Source of the DNA: Eubacteriales bacterium
Lineage (GTDB): Bacteria > Bacillota > Clostridia > Peptostreptococcales > Anaerovoracaceae
Assembly: GCA_030525365.1 (NCBI GenBank)
Contig: JAUNEW010000001.1
Coordinates: 7,260 to 70,209, forward strand
Length of the DNA stretch: 62,950 nucleotides
Reading direction: 5' to 3'
How positions within the stretch are numbered: position 1 is the stretch's first letter; each line of letters opens with the position of its first letter. A program made the position numbers and the translations under genes. A model generated the notes under the pieces. That model was not told the DNA's origin, searched no databases, and worked only from the letters and a program-made list of their open reading frames with translations. Below are positions 1-9,690 of the stretch, in pieces.

Positions 1-1646
1 AAGACGGCAAACTCTTCATGCTGCAGACCAGAAATGGTAAGAGAACCGCAGAAGCAGCTGTTAAGGTCGCTGTGGACATGGTGAACGAGGAGAAAATCGA
101 CAAGGAAACCGCAATCATGAGAATTGCACCGGAACAGATTGACCAGCTCCTCCACCCGACATTCGATGCGGATGAGCTCAAGAAACATGAAGCAATCGCA
201 AAGGGACTTCCGGCTTCCCCAGGGGCTGCTTGCGGAGAAATCGTATTCAGTGCAGATGACGCGGCAACGGCAAAAGAAGCGGGCAAGAAAGTCGTACTGG
301 TCCGTGAGGAGACTTCTCCAGAAGACCTGGCAGGTATGGTTGCTGCAGAGGGAATTCTGACCGCAAGAGGCGGAATGACATCCCACGCCGCTGTAGTTGC
401 TCGTGGTATGGGTAAGTGCTGCGTTGCAGGTTGCCATGCGATTACCGTATACGAAGATGAGAAGTGCATGGAGATTGCCGGCGTGAAGTATCACGAAGGA
501 GATATTATTTCCATCAATGGTACAGACGGTAATGTATATGCGGCAGAAATCGCTACCAAGGCACCGGAATTGTCCGGCAACTTCGGAACAATCATGAAGT
601 GGGCAGACGAAATCCGTACCATCGGTGTTCGTACCAATGCGGATAATCCGAGAGATGCAAAGCAGGCGGTTGCATTCGGTGCAGAAGGAATCGGCCTCTG
701 CAGAACCGAGCACATGTTCTTCGAAGAAGAGAGAATTCCGAAGATTCGTCGTATGATTCTGGCAGACACTGAGGAAGAGAGAAGAGAAGCTCTTGCAGGA
801 CTCCTGCCGTATCAGAAGGGCGACTTCAAGGGCCTGTACGAAACCATGCAGGGCAAGCCGGTAACCATCCGTCTCCTGGATCCACCGCTGCATGAGTTCC
901 TGCCGAAGAACGAAGAGGACATGAAGGAGCTGTCTGAACAGTTCAACATTCCATTAGAGAAGATTAAGGCAAAGACCATTGAGCTGCACGAGTTCAACCC
1001 AATGCTGGGTCACAGAGGATGCCGCCTGGCCGTAACCTATCCGGAAATCGCAGAGATGCAGACGGAAGCAATCATTACCGCTGCGCTGGAAGTGAAGAAG
1101 GAAACCGGAATCGATATCAAGCCGGAAATCATGGTTCCGCTGGTAGGTATTCCAAACGAGCTGAAGAACGTGAAGAAGACCATCGAGGAAACTGCAGAGA
1201 GATGCTTCGAGGAGGCAGGCGAGAGATTGAACTACATGGTAGGTACCATGATTGAAATCCCGAGAGCTGCACTGGTGGCGGATGAAATCGCAGAGGATGC
1301 AGAGTTCTTCTCCTTCGGCACCAACGACCTGACTCAGATGGGATTTGGATTCTCCAGAGACGATACCGGAAAGATTATCAGAGAGTATGTGGAAAAAGGT
1401 GTTCTGGAAGAAGATCCATTCCAGACTCTGGATCAGCACGGAATTGGCAAACTGGTAAAGATGGCAGTGAATGACGGCAGAAAGACCAGACCGAACATCA
1501 AGCTTGGAATCTGTGGTGAGCACGGCGGAAATCCGAAGACCATCGACTTCTGCCACAGAGTGGGACTGAACTACGTATCCTGCTCGCCATTCCGTGTACC
1601 GATTGCTCGTCTGGCTGCTGCACAGGCTGCAATTCGGAACAAGTAG
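1..1646 (+). CDS. ppdK: Pyruvate phosphate dikinase (5' end outside window)
   Basis: GGMTSHAAVVAR phospho-His motif, GIGLCRTEHMF, EFNPMLGHRGCR, FSFGTNDLTQM, CGEHGG; frame is open from the window edge. Confidence 0.97.
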   Translation, partial: DGKLFMLQTRNGKRTAEAAVKVAVDMVNEEKIDKETAIMRIAPEQIDQLLHPTFDADELKKHEAIAKGLPASPGAACGEIVFSADDAATAKEAGKKVVLVREETSPEDLAGMVAAEGILTARGGMTSHAAVVARGMGKCCVAGCHAITVYEDEKCMEIAGVKYHEGDIISINGTDGNVYAAEIATKAPELSGNFGTIMKWADEIRTIGVRTNADNPRDAKQAVAFGAEGIGLCRTEHMFFEEERIPKIRRMILADTEEERREALAGLLPYQKGDFKGLYETMQGKPVTIRLLDPPLHEFLPKNEEDMKELSEQFNIPLEKIKAKTIELHEFNPMLGHRGCRLAVTYPEIAEMQTEAIITAALEVKKETGIDIKPEIMVPLVGIPNELKNVKKTIEETAERCFEEAGERLNYMVGTMIEIPRAALVADEIAEDAEFFSFGTNDLTQMGFGFSRDDTGKIIREYVEKGVLEEDPFQTLDQHGIGKLVKMAVNDGRKTRPNIKLGICGEHGGNPKTIDFCHRVGLNYVSCSPFRVPIARLAAAQAAIRNK

Positions 1647-1691
1647 AATGAACGCTAGAACTGGGAGAATATAGAATAAAGGAGTATAAAG

Positions 1692-1722
1692 ATAGGGTGA
1701 GACAGAATCTGTTTCACCCTAT
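1692..1722 (+). terminator. Probable intrinsic terminator hairpin after ppdK
   Basis: ATAGGGTGAGACAG-aat-CTGTTTCACCCTAT inverted repeat; weak U-tract. Confidence 0.55.
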
Positions 1723-1731
1723 GCTGATGAT

Positions 1732-2625
1732 ATGAACTGGTTAGATCAATTTGAAGACAGGTTTTCTGCCTTCGCAAATATATGTTACATTATTTTGGGA
1801 AATATTATCTATGCGGTCAGTATTAACATGCTGATTACCCCTATGAGCTTGTACAACGGAGGCTTTCTTGGGATGGCACAGTTAATGAGGCTGTTTTTCG
1901 TGAAAGTCCTGCATTTCTCCGGCCCGCCGGGAATGGACCTGACAGGTATTATTTACTTTATTATCAATGTGCCGCTGTTTTACTACGCATACCGTGCAGT
2001 GGGGTTGAAGTTCTCCATTAAGTCACTGATTTCCATCGGAGTTTCTTCCCTCTGCCTGACACTGGTGCCGGTACCGGCGAAGCCGTTGTTCAAGGACTAT
2101 CTGTCGGCTTGCGTAGTCGCAGGTGTCATCGGTGGAGTGGGATCCGGAATGATCCTGAGAGGCGGAAGTTCCACCGGCGGCTCGGATATCATCGGCGTAT
2201 GCATGTCCAAGACCCACCCGAACACCAGCGTAGGAAGAATCAACGTACTCTTCAACGTAGCGGTATACGGAATCTGTCTGCTGGTGTTCAACATTCAGAT
2301 TGCAATCTACTCGTTCATCTACACCACCATCCGCTCCAGCTTCATGGATCGGATGCACACCCAGAATATCAACACAGAAGCGCTGATTTTCACCAAGAAA
2401 GAAGGGGTGGATAAGGTCATTGCCAGCGACATGGGAAGAGGTGTCACCAAGTGGAACGGTAAAGGTTCCTATACCGAGGATGATATTCACATCATGGTAG
2501 TGGCAATCACCAAATACGAGGTGGGTCATCTTCAGATGCTGGTTCTGGAGCAGGACCCTCATGCATTCATCATTCTGAACGATGGGGAGCGAATCGTAGG
2601 AAACTTCAAGAAGCATTTGGACTAA
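1732..2625 (+). CDS. YitT family membrane protein (with C-terminal DUF2179-like domain)
   Basis: Multiple TM segments, GGSSTGGSDII motif, C-terminal GRGVT...G.GSYT...DPHAFI. Confidence 0.88.
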   Translation: MNWLDQFEDRFSAFANICYIILGNIIYAVSINMLITPMSLYNGGFLGMAQLMRLFFVKVLHFSGPPGMDLTGIIYFIINVPLFYYAYRAVGLKFSIKSLISIGVSSLCLTLVPVPAKPLFKDYLSACVVAGVIGGVGSGMILRGGSSTGGSDIIGVCMSKTHPNTSVGRINVLFNVAVYGICLLVFNIQIAIYSFIYTTIRSSFMDRMHTQNINTEALIFTKKEGVDKVIASDMGRGVTKWNGKGSYTEDDIHIMVVAITKYEVGHLQMLVLEQDPHAFIILNDGERIVGNFKKHLD

Positions 2626-2637
2626 CTGAATCAAATC

Positions 2638-2687
2638 GAAAGACCGGTTGTGTCGGCGGAAATGCCATCCACAACCGGTCTCTTTTT
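2638..2687. terminator. Bidirectional terminator between convergent genes
   Basis: AGACCGGTTGTG...CACAACCGGTCT followed by a T-run. Confidence 0.7.
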
Positions 2688-3675
2688 ACAGTAATTCCAT
2701 TTCGATGGTTCCCACGCCATCTTTGACGTGAACGTGGCCGACTGCCCCGTTAATTAACGTCATGCAAGGTTTGACATGCCCGATGTCGCAGTTCCATACA
2801 ATAGGAACATCAAAGCATCTGGAAATTAAATCCATGTACTCTGCATCCGAGGAACTGCCGGAGAACATCACCCGACCGAAGAGAATGCCGGTGGTGCCTC
2901 GGAAGTATCCACAGTACTTCATCTGTAGAAGTGTGAGGTACAGGGTTTCCGCATCCATGGCAAAAGGATCGAAATACCAGAGAATCCCCTCCTCCTCATA
3001 ACGGTCCACAAATTTCGCCGTACCGTCGTAAGGAGTTCCAAGGAGCTTTGCGATGCAGTCGATGCATCCGCCGATGATTCTTCCGCTAAAAGAAACTTCT
3101 CTCGGTTCTCCCTGAATCCGGCTGTCCCAATAGACCGGGGTATCTAGGATGTTCTCACCGCTGAAATCTCTCGAAGCATCATAGAAGTCGAAGGAATGCT
3201 GGGAAATAAGATCCCCCCTTAGAATGTGGAGCATGTTCTCCTGGAAGGGGTGGAGAGGACGCCAGTCGAAGGTTCCTGCATTGAATCCGTACAGGGTGGC
3301 AATGTCCAGATTGGTGGTGATAGGATAAAGCAAGTTGGTGGGATCGCTGGCTCCAGCAATCCACTTTGGATTCTTTTGAATCAGTTCAAAGTCCACGTAG
3401 GGAAGCATTTCCAGGGCAAAGTCCCCGCCGGAAGCGGAGAGGATGGCGGAAATGCTTTTATCTTGAATGAATTCCGAAAGTTCTGCGCCACGAATGGAGC
3501 CATTGGCGGATCGGTTCCCATTAACGCGAACGCTAGCGGTTTCCTGAATGAAATACCCCTGATTTCGGAGTGTATCCAGTGATGCATCGAAGGACTCCAG
3601 CTTATGTCCTACGCCAGCGCTAGGCGCAAAGATTCCGATGGTATCACCGGCTTTCGGAAATTGTGGATAGCGCAT
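2686..3675 (-). CDS. LD-carboxypeptidase / MccF-like S66 peptidase
   Basis: GDTIGIFAPS, SGGD, WIAGASD (catalytic Ser region), GRIIGGC, DIGHV..C. Confidence 0.88.
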   Translation of the reverse strand: MRYPQFPKAGDTIGIFAPSAGVGHKLESFDASLDTLRNQGYFIQETASVRVNGNRSANGSIRGAELSEFIQDKSISAILSASGGDFALEMLPYVDFELIQKNPKWIAGASDPTNLLYPITTNLDIATLYGFNAGTFDWRPLHPFQENMLHILRGDLISQHSFDFYDASRDFSGENILDTPVYWDSRIQGEPREVSFSGRIIGGCIDCIAKLLGTPYDGTAKFVDRYEEEGILWYFDPFAMDAETLYLTLLQMKYCGYFRGTTGILFGRVMFSGSSSDAEYMDLISRCFDVPIVWNCDIGHVKPCMTLINGAVGHVHVKDGVGTIEMELL

Positions 3676-3677
3676 GG

Positions 3678-4043
3678 TTACCGTCCTTTCTGCTCATCCT
3701 GGAAAGTTCCTTGCAGACCGTGGGAGAAGAGCAGTCCACAGGTAACGTACATGGAATAAGGGGACTGGATGATAGTGAGTCCCAGAGAATTGGCCAGTTT
3801 GATGAGGGCAGGATCCGGCTCATTTCGTCCGATAAAAATTACACAAGATATTCCCATCAAATCGGCGGTTCGAAGAACCTGGGGATTATAAAGTGCCGTA
3901 ATCAGGATGGATTTGTCGTTGGAATATGCCAGGACGTGACTCAGCATATCTGAGGAAAAAGCGCTGTTCAATTCCAGGTCGGGATTGCTGCTTTCCGTGA
4001 GAACACGGGCATCCAGCAGGTCTACTACTTCTTTGAGATACAT
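3678..4043 (-). CDS. DRTGG-domain protein
   Basis: SDMLSHVL, LITAL.NPQVLRTA, SMYVTCGLLF match stand-alone DRTGG proteins; start moved to the ATG at 4043 behind AAGGAGG. Confidence 0.8.
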   Translation of the reverse strand: MYLKEVVDLLDARVLTESSNPDLELNSAFSSDMLSHVLAYSNDKSILITALYNPQVLRTADLMGISCVIFIGRNEPDPALIKLANSLGLTIIQSPYSMYVTCGLLFSHGLQGTFQDEQKGR

Positions 4044-4158
4044 ATGGAACCTCCTTACCGATGCGTTTATAAATTTAATACAATTAATAATTCTTTTATA
4101 AAAAATAAAAATAGTTAAATAAAATTTGTGTTGACTAACCAAACATGCATGACAAATT

Positions 4159-4207
4159 TGGTTAGAGATATAACAATTCTTGCAAATCTATTATATAATC
4201 GTATAAT
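4159..4207 (+). promoter_or_regulatory. Rex-like box plus sigma-A promoter of the first hyd operon
   Basis: TGGTTAGAGATATAACAA (4159-4176) resembles TTGTTAANNNNTTAACAA; TTGCAA (4180-85)-16 bp-TATAAT (4202-07). Confidence 0.55.
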
Positions 4208-4254
4208 TAAATATACAAGGTGAATTTGTATGTCAGACAAGGAGGTATTATCTG

Positions 4255-4743
4255 ATGAAAGTTTCAAATGTTCCTTTCAAGGGTACGGCGGAACAGGAAA
4301 CTGAACTCCGCAAAGTCATTGCAGAGCACAAGGGTGAGAAGGGGTCACTAATGCCAATCATGCAGAAGGCCCAGGATATTTATGGATATTTGCCATACCA
4401 GGTGCAGAAAATCATTTCGGACGAAACCGGAATCCCAATGGAGAAGATATACGGTGTAGCAACATTCTATGCACAGTTTTCCATGTCTCCGAAGGGACAG
4501 TATGAAGTGTCCGTCTGTCTGGGTACCGCGTGCTACGTTAAGGGTGCCGGTGATGTGCTGGAAGAGGTGAAGAAAGAACTGGGTATCGACGATGGAGAAT
4601 GCACATCGGACGGAAAGTTCTCTCTGGATACTTGCCGCTGCGTAGGTGCATGCGGTCTGGCACCGGTTATGATTGTCGGTGGCGATGTATACGGTAAAAT
4701 TACACCGGATCAGGTAGCTGATATTCTGAAGAAGTACGCGTAA
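4255..4743 (+). CDS. hydC: [FeFe]-hydrogenase gamma subunit (NuoE-like, 2Fe-2S)
   Basis: VATFY, CLGTAC and CVGAC thioredoxin-like 2Fe-2S motifs; GGAGG RBS. Confidence 0.92.
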   Translation: MKVSNVPFKGTAEQETELRKVIAEHKGEKGSLMPIMQKAQDIYGYLPYQVQKIISDETGIPMEKIYGVATFYAQFSMSPKGQYEVSVCLGTACYVKGAGDVLEEVKKELGIDDGECTSDGKFSLDTCRCVGACGLAPVMIVGGDVYGKITPDQVADILKKYA

Positions 4744-4777
4744 ATCAGTAGATTAAAGACTGCAATGGAGGAAGATA

Positions 4778-6676
4778 ATGAAATCATTAGAAGAACTCAA
4801 AGTCATTCGTGATCGCATGCAGTGTCAAGTAGGACCGAGATGCGGAAGTGTGGAAGAGGCTTCGAAATATATTAAGATGGGCGATGCCGATGCACCGGAC
4901 AAGTTTGTACTGGTTTGCGGTGGTACCGGATGTCATTCTGGGCACAGCCAGGATGTAGCAGATTGTTTCAACGATTTGATTAAAGAGAACGGCATGGAGA
5001 AGGACGTTAAGGTGATTCAGACCGGATGTCAGGGCCTCTGTGCGAAGGGACCGATTGTGGTCATTCATCCGGGTGGAACCTTCTATGAGGAAGTGAATCC
5101 GGATAAGGCAGAAGCTATTTTCAATGAACATGTGGTAGACGGAAATGTCGCAAAAGATTACATTCTGAGAGAAGAGAATTCGGACGGAACCAACGATGAG
5201 GATTTCCACTTCTACAAGAAGCAGACACGAATCGCTCTTCGGAACTGCGGTGTTATCGATCCGGAGAATATTGACGAATACATCGGAACCGGCGGATACG
5301 AAGCCCTGGGACGTGCGCTGACAGAAATGTCCCCAGACGAGGTAATCCAGGTGGTACTGGACAGCGGACTGAGAGGCCGTGGTGGTGCTGGGTTCCCGAC
5401 CGGAAAGAAATGGAAATTTGCCTGCGCCAACAGAGGTAAGGTACAGAAATATGTATGTTGTAACGCTGACGAAGGCGACCCAGGTGCATTCATGGACCGT
5501 TCCATTCTGGAAGGTGATCCACACAGCGTACTGGAAGCCATGGCAATCGCAGGTTATGCCATCGGTGCAGATCAGGGATACATCTACGTTCGTGCTGAAT
5601 ACCCGATTGCGGTAGATCGTCTCAGAATTGCCATCGATCAGGCAAGAGAGTACGGCCTTCTGGGCAAAAATATCTTCGGTTCAGACTTCAGCTTCGATAT
5701 CGACCTGAGACTGGGTGCGGGTGCATTCGTTTGCGGCGAAGAAACCGCATTGATGACATCCATTGAAGGAAACCGTGGTGAGCCACATACTCGTCCGCCG
5801 TTCCCGGCTGTAAAGGGTCTGTTCCAGTCCCCAACCGTACTGAATAACGTAGAAACCTATGCTAATATTCCGGAAATCATCGTGAAGGGTGTAGACTGGT
5901 TCCAGTCCATGGGTACCGAAACCTCCAAGGGTACTAAGGTATTCGCACTGGGCGGCAAGGTGAATAACACAGGACTAGTTGAGATCCCGATGGGAACCAC
6001 GCTTCGTGAAGTAATCGAAGACATCGGTGGCGGTGTTCCGAAGGGAAAGAAGTTCAAGGCGGCTCAGACCGGTGGTCCGTCCGGCGGATGCATACCGGAA
6101 CAATACTATGACATTCCGATTGACTATGAGACGCTGAAGAGCATCGGGTGCATGATGGGTTCCGGCGGAATGATTGTTATGGACGAAGATAACTGCATGG
6201 TGGATATCGCAAAGTTCTTCCTGGAGTTCACCGTTAGTGAATCCTGCGGAAAATGTACGCCATGTCGTATCGGAACCAAGAGAATGCTGGAGATTCTGAC
6301 ACGAATTACCGAAGGTAAGGGCGAAATGGAAGGCCTTGCAAAGCTGGAAGAGCTAGCAAAGTACATCCAGGCCAACTCCCTGTGCGGACTGGGTCAGACA
6401 GCACCGAATCCGGTTCTGTCCACACTCCGCTACTTCAGAGATGAATACATCGCACATATCAAGGACAAGAAGTGCCCAGCTGGTGTCTGCAAAGCACTGT
6501 GCACTTACGAGATTGATCCGGACAAGTGTAAGGGTTGCACGCTCTGTGCAAGAAACTGCCCGGCAGATGCGATTATCGGTACAGTAAAAGAACCGCATAA
6601 GATTGACACAGAGAAGTGCATCAAGTGTGGAGCATGTATGGACAACTGTCGTTTCGGCGCAGTGGTATTCAAATAG
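4778..6676 (+). CDS. hydB: [FeFe]-hydrogenase beta subunit (NuoF-like, FMN/NADH; bifurcating-type signature)
   Basis: GRGGAGFP, NADEGDPGAFMDRS, GAGAFVCGEETAL, GGPSGG, SCGKCTPCR, C-terminal 2x[4Fe-4S]. Confidence 0.93.
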   Translation: MKSLEELKVIRDRMQCQVGPRCGSVEEASKYIKMGDADAPDKFVLVCGGTGCHSGHSQDVADCFNDLIKENGMEKDVKVIQTGCQGLCAKGPIVVIHPGGTFYEEVNPDKAEAIFNEHVVDGNVAKDYILREENSDGTNDEDFHFYKKQTRIALRNCGVIDPENIDEYIGTGGYEALGRALTEMSPDEVIQVVLDSGLRGRGGAGFPTGKKWKFACANRGKVQKYVCCNADEGDPGAFMDRSILEGDPHSVLEAMAIAGYAIGADQGYIYVRAEYPIAVDRLRIAIDQAREYGLLGKNIFGSDFSFDIDLRLGAGAFVCGEETALMTSIEGNRGEPHTRPPFPAVKGLFQSPTVLNNVETYANIPEIIVKGVDWFQSMGTETSKGTKVFALGGKVNNTGLVEIPMGTTLREVIEDIGGGVPKGKKFKAAQTGGPSGGCIPEQYYDIPIDYETLKSIGCMMGSGGMIVMDEDNCMVDIAKFFLEFTVSESCGKCTPCRIGTKRMLEILTRITEGKGEMEGLAKLEELAKYIQANSLCGLGQTAPNPVLSTLRYFRDEYIAHIKDKKCPAGVCKALCTYEIDPDKCKGCTLCARNCPADAIIGTVKEPHKIDTEKCIKCGACMDNCRFGAVVFK

Positions 6677-6690
6677 TGGAGGTTACAGAA

Positions 6691-8442
6691 ATGGGAGATA
6701 TCAAATTAACAATCGATAATATTGAAGTCACAGTTCCGGAAGGCTCCACTCTTCTCGAGGCAGCACATGCGGCTGGAATCGATATTCCAACTCTGTGCTA
6801 CCTGAAGGGAATCAACGAGATTGGTGCCTGCAGAATGTGCCTGTGCGAAGTGGAAGGTGCCAGAGGTCTGGTAACTTCCTGTGCATACCCAGTTACAGAC
6901 GGTATGGTGGCGTACACCAATACAGAGAGACTGAGAGATGCTAGAAAGAAGACACTGCAGCTGATTGTATCGGATCACAACATGGACTGCCTGGCATGTG
7001 TCAGAAACGGTAACTGCGAACTGCAGAAGCTGTGCAAGAGATATGGTGTGACAGATTCGGATTACTACAAGGGTGCGCAGAATCATTTTACCGTGGACAC
7101 CAGTTCCAAATCCATCGTAAGAGATAACAACAAATGTATCCTCTGCAGAAGATGTATCGGTGCCTGCGAAAACGCACAGGGTATTGGCGTAATCGGTGCT
7201 AACAACCGTGGATTCGACACCTATGTGGGAAGCACATTCGAGCTTCCGCTGGCGGAGACCAGCTGCGTGAACTGCGGACAGTGCGTGGTTTCCTGCCCAG
7301 TGGGCGCTCTCTATGAGAAGGATTCCACTCAGGAAGTAAAGGCAGCCCTGGAAGATCCAGACAAGTTCGTTGTAGTACAGGCGGCTCCATCCACCCGTGT
7401 GGGTCTGGGCGAATGCTTCGGCCTTCCGATGGGAACCGTAGTAGAAGGACAGATGTCCACTGCACTGCATCGTCTGGGATTCGACCGGGTATTCGATACC
7501 AACTTCTCTGCCGATTTGACCATCATGGAAGAAGCTCACGAGCTGATTGATCGTGTTCAGAACGGTGGAGCGCTTCCACTGATTACCTCCTGCTCGCCAG
7601 GATGGGTGAAGTACTGTGAGCACTACTATCCAGATCTGCTTCCGAATGTATCCAGCTGCAAATCTCCGCAGCAGATGTTCGGTGCTGTGGTAAAAACATA
7701 CTACGCCGAGACCTTTGGAATTCCGGTAGATAAGATTGTATCCGTATCCATCATGCCTTGTACGGCAAAGAAGTACGAATGCGACCGTCCAGATCAGGAT
7801 GCAGCAGGCGTAGCAGATGTGGATTACGCACTGACTACCCGGGAACTGGGCGCTATGATTCAGGAAGCGGGCATTGACTTCGTGAACCTGCCAGATACAC
7901 CATATGACAGTCCTCTGGGAGAGTACACCGGCGCCGGTGTCATCTTCGGTGCAACCGGTGGTGTAATGGAAGCCGCACTCCGTACCGCTGTGGAAACCAT
8001 TACCGGTGAGGAACTGGAAAACGTAGAGTTCACAGAAGTTCGTGGCGTAGAAGGCGTTAAAGAAGCTTCCTACAACGTAGGTGGACTGGAAGTGAACGTT
8101 GCAGTTGCCAGCGGTTTGGCCAATGCGAGAAAGGTACTGGACATGATTCGTTCCGGCGAGAAGAACTACACCTTCGTGGAAATCATGGCATGTCCGGGCG
8201 GATGCGTCAACGGAGGTGGACAGCCAATCGTAGATTCCGCAGTTCGGAACTTCGTCGATGTTCGTGCCGTTCGTGCAAAGGGACTGTATGATTTGGACAA
8301 GAATAAGCCGCTCAGAAAGTCCCACGAGAATCCGGAGATTCAGGAACTGTACAAATCCTACTTCGGTGAACCGGGAAGCGAGAAGGCACACAAGATTCTG
8401 CACACTTCCTACATTGAACGCAAAGTGAATAAGGAGTTCTAG
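6691..8442 (+). CDS. hydA: [FeFe]-hydrogenase catalytic subunit (group A, multi-FeS)
   Basis: H-cluster motifs TSCSPGW, MPCTAKKYE, EIMACPGGCVNGGGQP; N-terminal 2Fe-2S, His-ligated 4Fe-4S and 2x4Fe-4S; start at ATG 6691 behind GGAGG. Confidence 0.95.
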   Translation: MGDIKLTIDNIEVTVPEGSTLLEAAHAAGIDIPTLCYLKGINEIGACRMCLCEVEGARGLVTSCAYPVTDGMVAYTNTERLRDARKKTLQLIVSDHNMDCLACVRNGNCELQKLCKRYGVTDSDYYKGAQNHFTVDTSSKSIVRDNNKCILCRRCIGACENAQGIGVIGANNRGFDTYVGSTFELPLAETSCVNCGQCVVSCPVGALYEKDSTQEVKAALEDPDKFVVVQAAPSTRVGLGECFGLPMGTVVEGQMSTALHRLGFDRVFDTNFSADLTIMEEAHELIDRVQNGGALPLITSCSPGWVKYCEHYYPDLLPNVSSCKSPQQMFGAVVKTYYAETFGIPVDKIVSVSIMPCTAKKYECDRPDQDAAGVADVDYALTTRELGAMIQEAGIDFVNLPDTPYDSPLGEYTGAGVIFGATGGVMEAALRTAVETITGEELENVEFTEVRGVEGVKEASYNVGGLEVNVAVASGLANARKVLDMIRSGEKNYTFVEIMACPGGCVNGGGQPIVDSAVRNFVDVRAVRAKGLYDLDKNKPLRKSHENPEIQELYKSYFGEPGSEKAHKILHTSYIERKVNKEF

Positions 8443-8480
8443 TTAGTCTTGGAACAAGATTTGGATTAACTAAGATTCAG

Positions 8481-8521
8481 AGAAAGGGTCGTCATACCAT
8501 AAGAGTGTGACGGCTCTTTTT
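8481..8521 (+). terminator. Intrinsic terminator after hydA
   Basis: AAAGGGTCGTCATAC...GTGTGACGGCTCTTT plus T-run. Confidence 0.7.
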
Positions 8522-8630
8522 GTCGTTTGCTATATTTGTATTTCGGTGCGGAATACGATAAAATTCAAGATAGAAGTGACACTGGAATGAAAAGGTGTCG
8601 CAACGGCTGAAGTGGAAGGAATGGTTGAAT

Positions 8631-9035
8631 ATGATGAAGAATAATAACGAGAAAAAATACGAGGAATTATATAAGGTCGCATCTGAAATTCGAAAGAATG
8701 CCTATGCACCCTATTCGAAATTCAAGGTGGGTGCAGCACTGCTGTCCGAAAATGGAAAAATATACACTGGCGTGAATATTGAGAACGCATCCTACGGCGC
8801 CACTATCTGTGCAGAGCGAAGTGCGATTTCCAAGGCGATTACAGAAGGAGAACGGAGTTTTGAGGCCATCGCTGTTTCTGCAAGCAAGAATCCAGCCTTT
8901 CCCTGTGGAATCTGTCGTCAAGTTCTGGCGGAATTTGCACCGGATATTGAAATCATTGTGAGGAATGGAAAAGATTTGGAAGCATATTCGTTGGAAGAGC
9001 TTCTTCCTTATTCATTTAAACTGAAAGAAAAGTAA
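8631..9035 (+). CDS. cdd: Cytidine deaminase (homotetrameric type)
   Basis: AYAPYSKFKVGAA, NIENASY, CAERSA, PCGICRQ; exact start (8631 or 8634) uncertain. Confidence 0.93.
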   Translation: MMKNNNEKKYEELYKVASEIRKNAYAPYSKFKVGAALLSENGKIYTGVNIENASYGATICAERSAISKAITEGERSFEAIAVSASKNPAFPCGICRQVLAEFAPDIEIIVRNGKDLEAYSLEELLPYSFKLKEK

Positions 9036-9147
9036 AATTATACAATTATAGCAAGAAGTTGGATGATGTACTGGAATAGCCCACCCATCTTGAAAGACTC
9101 GCTTCTATGTGATATGATTCTAAAGTTATCACAGAAGGAGGAACCAA

Positions 9148-9600
9148 GTGAAAGTAGTACTGACAACGTTAATGATGGCGATGGTGCCGGTAATTGAGCT
9201 TCGTGGAGCGATTCCCTACGGTGTAGTGGAAGGCCTTAGTGTTAGCCAGGCGCTGGCTGTGTCCATTATCGGAAATCTAATTCCTGTGCCGTTTCTGATT
9301 ATTTTTACCAAGCGGGTATTCGCATGGCTCCGGACGAAGAGTGAGCGGTTGAACACCTTTGTCTGCAAGATGGAGGCGAAGGCGGAGGCGAAGAAAGCCA
9401 CGGTGGAGAAATACGAATTTTTTGGATTGATGCTTCTGGTGGCCATTCCTCTTCCAGGAACCGGTGCTTGGACGGGTTGTCTGGTAGCAGCCATGATGGA
9501 GCTGGATTTCAAGAAGGCCTTTCCAGCGGTGATATTGGGTGTAATTGTGGCTGGAATTATTGTTTCCTGGGTGACTTTTGGGGTAAAAATAATTGCGTAA
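9148..9600 (+). CDS. Putative small multidrug export membrane protein (COG2426-like)
   Basis: PVIELRGAIP and VAIPLPGTGAWTG motifs; GTG start behind AAGGAGG. Confidence 0.85.
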   Translation: MKVVLTTLMMAMVPVIELRGAIPYGVVEGLSVSQALAVSIIGNLIPVPFLIIFTKRVFAWLRTKSERLNTFVCKMEAKAEAKKATVEKYEFFGLMLLVAIPLPGTGAWTGCLVAAMMELDFKKAFPAVILGVIVAGIIVSWVTFGVKIIA

Positions 9601-9636
9601 CCTCGGTGGTCATCCGGCATGAAGAAGTAAATAAAT

Positions 9637-9678
9637 AAAGCGGAGATTTTCCCAGCAGGGGAGCATCTCCGCTCTTTT
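9637..9678. terminator. Bidirectional terminator
   Basis: AAAGCGGAGAT...ATCTCCGCTCTTTT between convergent genes. Confidence 0.65.
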
Positions 9679-9690
9679 GTAGTGCATGAT

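Noticed and set aside
4255-6676. nuoE/nuoF of respiratory complex I (both hyd loci)
   Set aside because: Each pair is followed by a subunit with all three H-cluster motifs
6706-8403. 565-aa antisense ORF over hydA1 (similar ones at 56815-58197, 50121-51311, 33910-35148, 41245-42297, 16244-17119)
   Set aside because: Shadow frames of well-supported genes with biased codon usage; no recognisable motifs
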